The notes under the pieces: model-generated | Told to the model about the DNA's origin: nothing | Seen by the model: only the letters and a program-made list of their open reading frames with translations | Database searches by the model: none | From: a virus | Lineage: Duplodnaviria; Caudoviricetes | Virus record (IMG/VR): IMGVR_UViG_3300031787_000812 | Location: 1-24,325 of that record | Direction: 5' to 3' (one strand) | Length of the DNA stretch: 24,325 nucleotides | In this document: positions 1 through 8,641 of the stretch, piece after piece | Numbering within the stretch: position 1 is the stretch's first letter | Layout of the letters: each line of letters starts with the position of its first letter | Translations under genes and position numbers: made by a program

Positions 1-3000
1 GTCGAAGGTAACAAGACCAAGAAAACCACTGAAAAGATCAAGGGTCTGAAGGAAGAACTCAAGCGTGAACTGACCGACGACGAGTATGACCGCTACGTCG
101 AGACGATGCGGAACCTTGCCGACCTCCATGTGGAGCGCCTGAAGGCGCAGTTCGACAATTACTTCCTGTCTGAGAAGGTATCCACCAAGGGTATCAACAG
201 GATACTCGCCAACAAGGAAGTGACAGGCGACGACGCCAAGTTCGTCAAGGACATCGTGAACCACGCCAAGAAGCTCTTCGTGGATGACATGGAATATGAC
301 GAGCGCGGCCTGCCGGATGTCACGACCAAGACGGCAATGCGCATGGAGCAGTTCTTCAAGGCGGTCAACACGGCTATCGTGAAGAAGGAGTTCACCGACG
401 ACCTGAAGAAGGACGTGCGGGAGTTCTATTTCCCGAAGCCGACGAAGAAGCTGACGAAGGAAGAGGAACAGGCTAGGGCCGAAGCCTTGGCGAAAGGTAA
501 CGAGAAGTCCGAAGCCGCCATCAAGAAGATTGAGGAGTTCCGTAGCCGCCGCAAGGAGTTCACCGGCCTCGAAGAGCAGAGCGTAATTTATACTGTGCAG
601 GACAAGGTCAAGGAGATCGTCCTTGCTGACGCCGCATTCGAGCGGGCGCAGATGTTTGTGCGCAGGTCCATCGCCTCGTCGCACGTCCCGCTGTGGCGCG
701 AGGGCAAGTTCCAAGTCCGTGTCGAAGCGCAGATCAACGGCAGGACGGTTCAGCTTCATCCCGACGTGCAGAGCAAGATGATCTACAGCTTGGCTCCTAA
801 ACTGTCGGATGCTGAAAATCAGGCGGCGTTCTACAACGACGCTATGAAAGATATCGAGTACAGCGGCCTTGTCAGGGACGACGCGACCGGCGAGTACAAG
901 ACGCAGACCTTCAAGCTGTTCGCCCGTGCATCTCAGGCCGTGGATACTGTCTCATCCGATCCGTCGCTGGATATTGACAACTTCCTCTATGTGTCGCGCG
1001 TCCTTGGTATCCCGCTGGCTCCTGACAAGCACGCCAAGGCGATCACCATGCTTACGGCTCCGGGCAGTGCGCTTCGCAAGTCGCTGAAGTTCGATGACTC
1101 CCCCGGCTACGACCCCAGCAGGACAATCGACGCTGTTGCCCGCCACGTCACCACGCGCTCGTCGCTCATCGTGAAGACGCGCTTTCAGCCGCTACTCCGT
1201 GATCTCATGGATCAGTCCTCTGAGACAGGCAAGAAGTGGTTCGGTGATAAGGAAGCAGTCATCACTGCCAAGGAGCGCCTCGACGCCGCGACTGACCAGA
1301 AGCAGAAGGATTACTGGCAGGACAGGCTCACCAAGGAACTCTATATGTACGTCATTACCAACCCCGGAGCCAAGGGTTGGGACGGTAGCCGCTCGACGTT
1401 CAACAATCAGCCGACCAAGGCCAGTCTTGGTATGCGCTTCTATAGCGACACCGTCAAAGACTTCGACGCCATCAACGATGCACCCAACATCAACGAGTCC
1501 ACGTTCGAGGGTAAGCGGTACGCTGCACTGGCAAAGATGATCACCAGTGTGGGCTTCCTCGGCGGTGTGATGACGCAGTTCGCGCAGAACATCATGTCTT
1601 TCTATACCAACGTGCTGCCGTTCCTCGCGTCTAAGGATAGCCAGACGGGCTTCGGTGGCGGCTTCGGCATGGCGGTCATGCCTATGTACCTGAAGTCCTT
1701 CAAGGACGTGGTTGGTTGGCGTGGACTTAATCCATTCTCTGATCCCATCGAAGATGCCAAGGCATTCGAGAAGGCCGCAAATGAGATCAAGGCCGCGCGT
1801 GACGCTGGCAACACTGCCAAGGAAGCTGAGCTTATCCAGCAGTACGGCCTTACCTACTACGAAGCTCTGAACATCGCCCGCGAAATCCGCGAAGGTAAGC
1901 TCATCCCGGCGCAGGCCAACGCCTTGCTGGAGACTGCCCGTGGTATGTTTACTGGTGCGTGGGCCAAGGGCTTCCTCAAGTTCTCTGACTGGTACATGGC
2001 TCCCTTCAACGTCTCGGAACAGGCCACCCGCCGCGCCACGTTCCTCACCGCATTCCGTCTGGAGTTCAACCGCCTGAAGGAAGCCGGGTTCGCAGAGGAC
2101 AAGGCCAGTGAGATGGCACGCCTGTTCGCCGTCGATACGGTGGATAAGACGCTGGGCGAGTACTCCAACACCAACCGTCCTCCCATGTGGCGCGATGGCT
2201 GGATGTCTCTGCTGTTCGTCTACAAGACTTACCCCCTGACATCTTTGTCACTGTTCAAGAACCTGTCGCGCGGCGGCAAGCTCGGCATGTTGACCGCACT
2301 CTACGTGTTGGCTGGTGCTGCGGGCTTCCCACTGGTGGATGACATTGAAGACTTCATCGATACGCTCTCGCAGCGCCTCGGCCTTGATCTTGGACAGGGT
2401 CCCGCTGTGCGCATGGCTATTGTTCGTCAGCTTGAAGAAGTCTTCCCCGGCTGGTCCGACTTCATCCTGCGCGGCCCGATGAACCACTACACAGGTATGG
2501 ACGTTGGCGCGAAGTTCGGTCTGGAAGACTTCATTCCCGGCACAGGCATCTTCCTCAAGGGTGCCAACACCACGCAGGAACTCAAGAGTATCGCTGGACC
2601 TGTGATCGGTATGGGTCTGAGCATCGGTGAATTTGTCTACGCGGCTGGTCGCGCCCCGCTCTCGTCTACCACAAACTTGCTTGATGTATCCCGCGAAGCG
2701 CCCTTCTCACTGGTGCGTGCCATTGGTGACAGCGTAGCTTACATGCAGAATGGTGCTATCGTGGACCGCCGTGGATACATCGTCTCGCCGGAAGTCAGTG
2801 CAATGACAGTGGCGTCTCGCATCCTTGGCTTCTACCCCGCAGATGCAGCACGGCAGTACGACTTCATCAAGTATGCTAACCGCATGAACTATGACTACAA
2901 GGAGGTGGGCACTGCCTACAAGCTGGCGTGGGTCAAGGCCATGATGACAGGCGACAGGGCACAGGCTGCACGCATCGTGCGCGAGGTCAACGACTGGAAC

Positions 3001-3168
3001 GAGGCCAACAAGGGTGGGCCGGGGGTCATCCGCAACTTCCTGCGCAACGCCCAGAAGGCGCTTCAGGAAGCCCGCCGCCCTGCTGGTGAGAGGCTCCTCA
3101 AGTCTGCGCCTGTCGCGTCCCGCGCCAGCCTCGAACGCTTCTTGGACAACGTCGCACCGCCTGAGTGA
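1..3168 (+). CDS. Large polyvalent / ejected internal virion protein, PLxRFG-type; 5' truncated by the window edge
   Basis: The frame is open from base 1 (gtc gaa ggt aac...), so the gene starts upstream of the window. Contains SHVPLWREGKF, a variant of the PLxRFG motif, followed by a long helical region with Gly-rich hydrophobic segments (GGKLGMLTALYVLAGAAGFP) typical of the C-termini of giant phage ejection proteins. Confidence 0.6.
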   Translation, partial: VEGNKTKKTTEKIKGLKEELKRELTDDEYDRYVETMRNLADLHVERLKAQFDNYFLSEKVSTKGINRILANKEVTGDDAKFVKDIVNHAKKLFVDDMEYDERGLPDVTTKTAMRMEQFFKAVNTAIVKKEFTDDLKKDVREFYFPKPTKKLTKEEEQARAEALAKGNEKSEAAIKKIEEFRSRRKEFTGLEEQSVIYTVQDKVKEIVLADAAFERAQMFVRRSIASSHVPLWREGKFQVRVEAQINGRTVQLHPDVQSKMIYSLAPKLSDAENQAAFYNDAMKDIEYSGLVRDDATGEYKTQTFKLFARASQAVDTVSSDPSLDIDNFLYVSRVLGIPLAPDKHAKAITMLTAPGSALRKSLKFDDSPGYDPSRTIDAVARHVTTRSSLIVKTRFQPLLRDLMDQSSETGKKWFGDKEAVITAKERLDAATDQKQKDYWQDRLTKELYMYVITNPGAKGWDGSRSTFNNQPTKASLGMRFYSDTVKDFDAINDAPNINESTFEGKRYAALAKMITSVGFLGGVMTQFAQNIMSFYTNVLPFLASKDSQTGFGGGFGMAVMPMYLKSFKDVVGWRGLNPFSDPIEDAKAFEKAANEIKAARDAGNTAKEAELIQQYGLTYYEALNIAREIREGKLIPAQANALLETARGMFTGAWAKGFLKFSDWYMAPFNVSEQATRRATFLTAFRLEFNRLKEAGFAEDKASEMARLFAVDTVDKTLGEYSNTNRPPMWRDGWMSLLFVYKTYPLTSLSLFKNLSRGGKLGMLTALYVLAGAAGFPLVDDIEDFIDTLSQRLGLDLGQGPAVRMAIVRQLEEVFPGWSDFILRGPMNHYTGMDVGAKFGLEDFIPGTGIFLKGANTTQELKSIAGPVIGMGLSIGEFVYAAGRAPLSSTTNLLDVSREAPFSLVRAIGDSVAYMQNGAIVDRRGYIVSPEVSAMTVASRILGFYPADAARQYDFIKYANRMNYDYKEVGTAYKLAWVKAMMTGDRAQAARIVREVNDWNEANKGGPGVIRNFLRNAQKALQEARRPAGERLLKSAPVASRASLERFLDNVAPPE

Positions 3169-3286
3169 TGGTGGCCCGTATCGTGGAGCCTTACGGCATC
3201 GCGCTCTCCAAAGGATGAAACGAGAGCCTTAGCGGGTGCTGTTATATCTACCGACCTGCACCTGCGGCGAGTGGCCCGGATGAAGC

Positions 3287-3709
3287 CTACCGGACCACCT
3301 TATTGGCGTAGCGTGCTGCACGCTTGTTGACCTTCCGGCCATAGGCTACGCTGATCCCCTGATTGTGGCAAGCTGCGGCACGCCACAGATTGCGGGTCTT
3401 CCTCCAGCACATCGCCAGATGTTTCATTCCCGCGTCAGTCTGTGTCGCACAGGATGCTGCACGTATGTTCTTATACCCAAGCCCTCGCGCCGTCGATGGC
3501 AGGATTTGCAGTGGGCCTTTCTCCCCGGCAGCGCCAGTGCGTCCGCACTTCACGCCGCTCTCGACGTGGGCTACGCGAAGGGCGAAGTGAACGGGAACAC
3601 CATGGCGCTTGGCCGCACTGATCACCAGTGGCTTCGCATCGGCACGCACTTCGGGTGCAGCAACCGCAAAGGCAAGAGCCACAGCCGTGGCAGCAATGAT
3701 CTTCTTCAT
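3287..3709 (-). CDS. Lytic transglycosylase (SLT domain) with N-terminal signal peptide
   Basis: Catalytic VAHVESG, GPLQI (GLMQ-like) and ACHNQG (AYNAG-like) motifs. N-terminus MKKIIAATAVALAFAVAAPEVRADA looks like a Sec signal. AGGAG RBS upstream. Confidence 0.85.
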   Translation of the reverse strand: MKKIIAATAVALAFAVAAPEVRADAKPLVISAAKRHGVPVHFALRVAHVESGVKCGRTGAAGEKGPLQILPSTARGLGYKNIRAASCATQTDAGMKHLAMCWRKTRNLWRAAACHNQGISVAYGRKVNKRAARYANKVVR

Positions 3710-3719
3710 GCACGATCTC

Positions 3720-6587
3720 CTACGATATGACCTGAAGCTGGTTCAGGGTCATGTTGTCGATAGCACCATCAGCATCATCAAGGATGCTACGCAACCTGTC
3801 GTGTGCGAGGTTGACGCCCAGAACGTATATCTGACCCGGCTTCACAGGACAGTCCTTACCAATTGAAAATTTCTCAGATTTGGGTGTGGCGTTAATGCCA
3901 CAAATGTTGAAGGTCTTGACGATGGCGTTGTAGTCACCGTGGTTGGTGTTCACCCACTGCTTGAAATGTTTCCTATCGATCATCATCGTGCCACTGGTGA
4001 ACGGCTCACTGGGTGACTTGCGGTGCGCATCGATGCGCACGCGAATGCCGTTGCGCGGCATACGGCTGTAGTCCACCATTGGCTTGGCCTGACCCACCGT
4101 GTGCATCACCGTGACTGTCTCGCTGGCCGCATCGTTGAGATACGCCGCCAGCATGTCGAAGGCATCCATCTGGTTGGACTTGATCGTGTCGCGCATCGCG
4201 CCGATCTGGTTGAGGATAGCCCTCGTACATTTCTCGTAGTCGTACTGACTGAGGTTCAGCTTGCTGGCAAGCTCGTTGCCGAGATCGGCCTTAATGATGC
4301 CGTTCTCCCAGAAGCGTTCCTGCCCGGTGAACTTCGCATTGTACTTCTTGAAGAAGCGGACACGGTGATCTTCGACCATCGCCCTACAACCATCCTCGCC
4401 AAGCTCGACCAGATGCTTGATCAGCACCTCACCTGCGGTGCCATGGTTCTCAGCGAGGAAATCGTATATCTTCTTGCCAGCAGTCGAACTGTCGCTGAAC
4501 ATCGGCACTGCGTGCATGTTGATCTCCAGCAGTCGGGCAAGCTGCGCATCGGTGTCCATGCCCGAGGTCATCATCTTGGAGCCGAGCGATCTGTTGGATG
4601 AGGTCACGCACGGCAGACCCCACGTCTTGCCCTCTCTTTCCTCCGAGTTCTTATTGAGGCGGGCCTTGTCCTTGCCCTGAGTAACCCAGTAGCAGAAGTC
4701 TCCGACTTCCTTGTCGGGCATCATCGTCGCTTCATCGATGGTAATGGGCAGGTTGTTGTAGAACCCGAAGCGAGAGAACACGGCGTTCTGTGTGTACTTC
4801 GCCGTGAAGTGCAGCTTGTCTGGGATACCGTAGATCGACTGCATCCAAAGCTGCGCGATGGACTTGCCCGACCCCGTGGGGCCGCAGAGGCTGATCACCA
4901 CGCCACGCAGACCGCTGAACTGGTAGAGCGGTGCGGAGAACGCCACGCCAAGGGCGAAGCCGTGGATCGGCAGGTTGGCCTTCTCAATGATGGACGTGAA
5001 CGTCGCCCACTTCTGCACGTCACCCTTTACGTCAAACAACTTCTCGCCAAGCCGTTGCGATGTCGCTGCTAGGTTGATTGGCTCAACCACTGCGGAGCCA
5101 CTGTCGTCGCGCCGGATCAACCGGTCACCGATGAGGAACTGGGTGTTGTTCTCCTTCCACCCCATGGTGGAGTAGAGGTTGGTGACCGCCTTGATCTTGC
5201 GGAGTTCATCCATGTATGCGCGGAGCATGTTTTGAAAACTCGCTGTCTGGTTCTTGCTGGCAAGGACGATACCTTGGTCAGCGATGGCTGTTGCGAACTC
5301 GCGGTTCTCTTGGGCCAGATATGCCTGACGGAAGCGGAGTTCCTTCCACCCAGAGTGCGGGCGGTTCCAGTGGTAGCGCACCACCTCGTAGCCCAGTGTC
5401 TCGTCGTACCCATAGCCTACCGGGTAGATGTCGAACTTGCACACGTCGATGTCGGTGCCATCCGTTACTTGCTTGATGCCATCCGCCGTGCGCTTGTAGG
5501 GCTTGGGGATCGGGACTTGGAACGCCACTTGATCCGGTGCGCTCTGCTCGACGGTGACCTCTTCACGCTGCAAGCCCAGCCGCGCTGGCGACCCGATGCG
5601 ATCCTTGAAGCGGCACGACTTGCAGATATCCGGGCGCTCACTGTCAAACTTCGCACAGGTAGTCGGACCCGTGGCGGCGTTCTTCCAGTGGCCTACCTTG
5701 CGGATCGTCTCGTCTTCGCTGAAGGTGGGGTGGTCCTTCGACCACGCAATGGCGGTGTCTTCCGGGTTTTCGCAGAAGGCTGCGATACCCATCAGCCCGT
5801 ACCACATAGGCTCGGGGACATCCTTCTGGTTCGACACGGCCCAGTTCACTTGGGCGCACTTGGATACGATGACATCCGGCTTGGCAGGCGGGTACTCTTG
5901 TCTTACGGATAACTTATCCAGCAGAGTAGTCTTGTTGTTAGCATTTGTACGCGAAGTAAAAGGAACGACATTAGCGACCACATATTTGCCCAAGCACTGT
6001 CGCATCGCTTCCACCGTGGTGGCCGGGGCATTGATCACCACCTTGACCTCGCCACCACCCTTGGGATTGATCGTCCCTGTGGGGCGCAGCACTCGCGCAG
6101 CATCGGCGGGCACTGCCGGGTCTACCTTGAAGCCATGCTGGCGGCACGCCGCCTTCAGCTTCTCCGCGATGGGCTTCCACTCGCCGGGTTCGAGTTCCTC
6201 CTCCAGCACCCAGTAGACGTGCCAGCCGTTGCCCGACGATACCACCATGGGCTTCGGTAACCCGGTGTCCTTGACGAACTGGCTCAGTGCCAGCAGCCCG
6301 TCCTTCTTGGTGGCGTACTTCTTTGGAGTATCTTCTCCACAGTCGATGTCGAGGAAGAATGCTTTAAGAGCCGACACGGCGTGAGCCTTGCGGGTGCCGT
6401 TCTCGTTGAACGAAGCGACTGCATAGTAGACGTTGTGGCCCTTGTCGCTCAGCGCGTTCGCAAAGGTCGCAAGCTGATCGATGGTGTCGAAGCTCCGCTG
6501 CTTCGGTTGCTGTCCCTTGTCGATCACGGTGACGACATACCAGCCTTGGGACGGCAGTACGTACCGCAAGAAGTCCAGCGTGTTCAT
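3720..6587 (-). CDS. Primase-helicase: N-terminal AEP/RepB-like primase, Cys-containing middle domain, C-terminal DUF927-type helicase
   Basis: AEP motifs FFLDIDCG, SSGNGWHVYW, DAARVLRPTGT. Middle domain GPTTCAKF...CKSCRFK. Walker A GPTGSGKS and Walker B ITIDE; GW motif (TMGWKE) of DUF927 proteins. Confidence 0.85.
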   Translation of the reverse strand: MNTLDFLRYVLPSQGWYVVTVIDKGQQPKQRSFDTIDQLATFANALSDKGHNVYYAVASFNENGTRKAHAVSALKAFFLDIDCGEDTPKKYATKKDGLLALSQFVKDTGLPKPMVVSSGNGWHVYWVLEEELEPGEWKPIAEKLKAACRQHGFKVDPAVPADAARVLRPTGTINPKGGGEVKVVINAPATTVEAMRQCLGKYVVANVVPFTSRTNANNKTTLLDKLSVRQEYPPAKPDVIVSKCAQVNWAVSNQKDVPEPMWYGLMGIAAFCENPEDTAIAWSKDHPTFSEDETIRKVGHWKNAATGPTTCAKFDSERPDICKSCRFKDRIGSPARLGLQREEVTVEQSAPDQVAFQVPIPKPYKRTADGIKQVTDGTDIDVCKFDIYPVGYGYDETLGYEVVRYHWNRPHSGWKELRFRQAYLAQENREFATAIADQGIVLASKNQTASFQNMLRAYMDELRKIKAVTNLYSTMGWKENNTQFLIGDRLIRRDDSGSAVVEPINLAATSQRLGEKLFDVKGDVQKWATFTSIIEKANLPIHGFALGVAFSAPLYQFSGLRGVVISLCGPTGSGKSIAQLWMQSIYGIPDKLHFTAKYTQNAVFSRFGFYNNLPITIDEATMMPDKEVGDFCYWVTQGKDKARLNKNSEEREGKTWGLPCVTSSNRSLGSKMMTSGMDTDAQLARLLEINMHAVPMFSDSSTAGKKIYDFLAENHGTAGEVLIKHLVELGEDGCRAMVEDHRVRFFKKYNAKFTGQERFWENGIIKADLGNELASKLNLSQYDYEKCTRAILNQIGAMRDTIKSNQMDAFDMLAAYLNDAASETVTVMHTVGQAKPMVDYSRMPRNGIRVRIDAHRKSPSEPFTSGTMMIDRKHFKQWVNTNHGDYNAIVKTFNICGINATPKSEKFSIGKDCPVKPGQIYVLGVNLAHDRLRSILDDADGAIDNMTLNQLQVIS

Positions 6588-6612
6588 GTTAACTCCTGCC
6601 CTGTGAGAGAGG

Positions 6613-6634
6613 CATGGGGGCCGCAGCCCCCATG
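6613..6634. other. GC-rich hairpin upstream of the primase-helicase gene
   Basis: CATGGGGGC-CGCA-GCCCCCATG, a perfect 9-bp stem in the intergenic gap; no clear U-tract. Confidence 0.6.
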
Positions 6635-6650
6635 AACGTGTGATGCTATC

Positions 6651-6926
6651 TTAGCTGACCAGCGCAAGCAACCGTTCGCGGCGCTGGGGAGGGGGAAGAG
6701 GCATGACCTCTTCCTCCCATTGCTTGTCCTTCATCAGGTCCAGCATGACCTTGACGACCTTCTTCACACGGGACGCTTGCGTTTGTCGCATGTTCCCACC
6801 ACGCACCCACAAGTAGTAGGTCATGCGCGATACGCCAATCGCTGCGGCCACGTCTGAAGAGCTAAGTCCAAGGCGGTTGCGCAGAAGCTCTACCTTGGAG
6901 AAGTCCAGCTTAGGCGTCTGCGTCAT
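6651..6926 (-). CDS. XRE/Cro-like helix-turn-helix protein
   Basis: LRNRLGLSSSDVAAAIGVSRMTYYLWVRG is a classic HTH_3 pattern. Confidence 0.8.
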   Translation of the reverse strand: MTQTPKLDFSKVELLRNRLGLSSSDVAAAIGVSRMTYYLWVRGGNMRQTQASRVKKVVKVMLDLMKDKQWEEEVMPLPPPQRRERLLALVS

Positions 6927-7884
6927 CGCTGGGCGCTTCGCTCAGCATGGCCGCGATCTCGTCTTCGAGACTGGCGTTCGCCTCGGGCACAGGCGCAGCC
7001 TTCGGCTTCGCGGCCTTCGGCGCGGCAGCGGGCTTGGCCGGGGCAGCGGCTTCAGCCTTGGCACCGAACCCACGCTTGGGCGCAGCAGCCGGGGCAGGGG
7101 CTTCCTCATCCTCGGCGGGCGCAGCCTTCACCAACTGGGGCTTGGGCTTCGCGGGCGCTTCGATCTGTGCCGGGGCGGGCCGCGCCTTTTCACCTGTCAT
7201 CTCAGGAATAACAGGGTTGGCGAGGACCTCGTCCACCGCAGTGATCTCGTCCTCGGTCAGCCAGCCGCCGAACCCGAACTTGATCTTCGGGAACGAGGCG
7301 TTGGTGTCGAACCCGATGCGGGTGCGCACCAGTTCCGGGGCGATGCCACGGTGGCTCAGGTCCTTCTGGTACTGGTTCAGGTCCTTGAGCGCAGCCGGGG
7401 TCACCAGCATGAGGTAGACCGGGCCAGACGGATCGTCAGCAGATACCACAGCGATGCGCTTGCTGTCGCTGCACGCCTTGAGGTCCTGACCCTGCGGCCC
7501 CTTCTTGGAACCCCATGCGTTGTGCGGGCAGGTCGCGCAGAGATCGTTCTGCGGCTCGGCCACGTTGGCATCAGGGCGCACGCCGTCCATGGACGAGCAG
7601 TCGGGCGCGGTCGGTTCCGCATTGGGGTCCCACGCCTTGGCATAGAAAGTCTTGGACAGGCGCGGGTTGGAGCCGACGATCACCACATCGATGGTGGTGG
7701 TCTGGAGGACAGTCTCGGCATCGCCTTCCTTGATGCGGAAGCGGCCACCCTTGATGGAGATACGCGGCCACGTTTCTCCGTTGGAGATACCACCCACAAG
7801 CTTCTCTGCCAGCGCAGAGGGCTTGCCGATGCGGTTCGCAAGATGCGCCGGAACCTTGGCGTCGAGAGACACGATGTTGCTCAT
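6910..7884 (-). CDS. Putative ssDNA-binding/annealing protein
   Basis: Conserved-looking core (PRISIKGGRF, CSSMDG, CATCPHNAWGS, KACSDSKRIAV), Pro/Ala/Lys-rich linker and acidic tail (SDDADA); lies between helicase and primase; AGGAG RBS. Confidence 0.6.
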   Translation of the reverse strand: MSNIVSLDAKVPAHLANRIGKPSALAEKLVGGISNGETWPRISIKGGRFRIKEGDAETVLQTTTIDVVIVGSNPRLSKTFYAKAWDPNAEPTAPDCSSMDGVRPDANVAEPQNDLCATCPHNAWGSKKGPQGQDLKACSDSKRIAVVSADDPSGPVYLMLVTPAALKDLNQYQKDLSHRGIAPELVRTRIGFDTNASFPKIKFGFGGWLTEDEITAVDEVLANPVIPEMTGEKARPAPAQIEAPAKPKPQLVKAAPAEDEEAPAPAAAPKRGFGAKAEAAAPAKPAAAPKAAKPKAAPVPEANASLEDEIAAMLSEAPSDDADA

Positions 7885-7907
7885 ATGATTTCTCCTGTAA
7901 TGAGCGG

Positions 7908-8237
7908 TTAGATTTTAAGTGAGCCGGAAGCGTAGCCGCTGGTATTCAGGGCATTGACGCCGCCACCGCCGCCAACGGTGACAGGGTTGACATCATTGAA
8001 CCCCATCTTCGCCAGCGCCTCGGTGTTGACGATCTGCTTCGCCACGTCGAGCGGTGTCGGGCAGAAGGTGATGCGGGCGTCCTCACGGTATCCGTTCGCA
8101 CCAAACTTGTGGACGAGATACCCGTTTTCGATCTTGTAGATCGACATCATGGGCGGGCCACCATTGCTCACCACATGAGGGACGCTGTTCTCATCACGGG
8201 CAACTCTGCCGATCCAGTTCTTCAGTGCCCTGATCAT
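7908..8237 (-). CDS. Hypothetical protein
   Basis: 109-aa ORF coupled by ATGA overlap to the upstream gene; GGAGG RBS. Confidence 0.7.
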   Translation of the reverse strand: MIRALKNWIGRVARDENSVPHVVSNGGPPMMSIYKIENGYLVHKFGANGYREDARITFCPTPLDVAKQIVNTEALAKMGFNDVNPVTVGGGGGVNALNTSGYASGSLKI

Positions 8238-8635
8238 GCTGCCTCCACGCGCTTCGTCGGCTTACGGACGTTGACTTCCAGCCGGGTGCCGTACATCACG
8301 CCACTCGGCACGGACTTGTGCGCATCGATGTAGCCGCGCACAGCCGTCTTGCTGATGCGCTTCTCAAACATATCATACGCATCATTGTCCTTGACGAACT
8401 TCACGACTGCATCCCAATCCTCGACGCTGGCGAAATCGACAGTCGTCAGGAAGGCCGTGCCGTGGTTGGTTTTGAAGGACGTGACGCCCTGCTCGTCGGC
8501 CTTGTTCTTGATCCAAGCTTCGAGCTTGTCGAGCTTGGCGTCAATGACGCCGACCTCTTCCTCAAGTTTAGCGCGGATGGCGCTCTTCTCATTGCGGAGC
8601 CGCACATACAGTGCGACCACATCGTCCACAGTCAT
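8234..8635 (-). CDS. Conserved phage replication-module protein (coiled coil plus small beta domain)
   Basis: N-terminal coiled coil followed by GVTSFKTNHGT...DWDA...EKRISKT...PSGV, a pattern common in genes next to phage SNF2 helicase and SSB genes. Confidence 0.65.
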   Translation of the reverse strand: MTVDDVVALYVRLRNEKSAIRAKLEEEVGVIDAKLDKLEAWIKNKADEQGVTSFKTNHGTAFLTTVDFASVEDWDAVVKFVKDNDAYDMFEKRISKTAVRGYIDAHKSVPSGVMYGTRLEVNVRKPTKRVEAA

Positions 8636-8641
8636 GGTCCT

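Noticed and set aside
3161-3230. Possible hammerhead ribozyme (ctgagtga ... gaaac)
   Set aside because: The core does not match CUGANGA and the required stems do not form.
3169-3250. Possible tRNA (minus strand ends in CCACCA)
   Set aside because: No TTCG T-loop and no complementary 5' acceptor strand at tRNA distance.
6980-7190. Repetitive GC-rich DNA
   Set aside because: Explained by the Pro/Ala/Lys low-complexity linker of the SSB-like protein; not a DNA repeat array.
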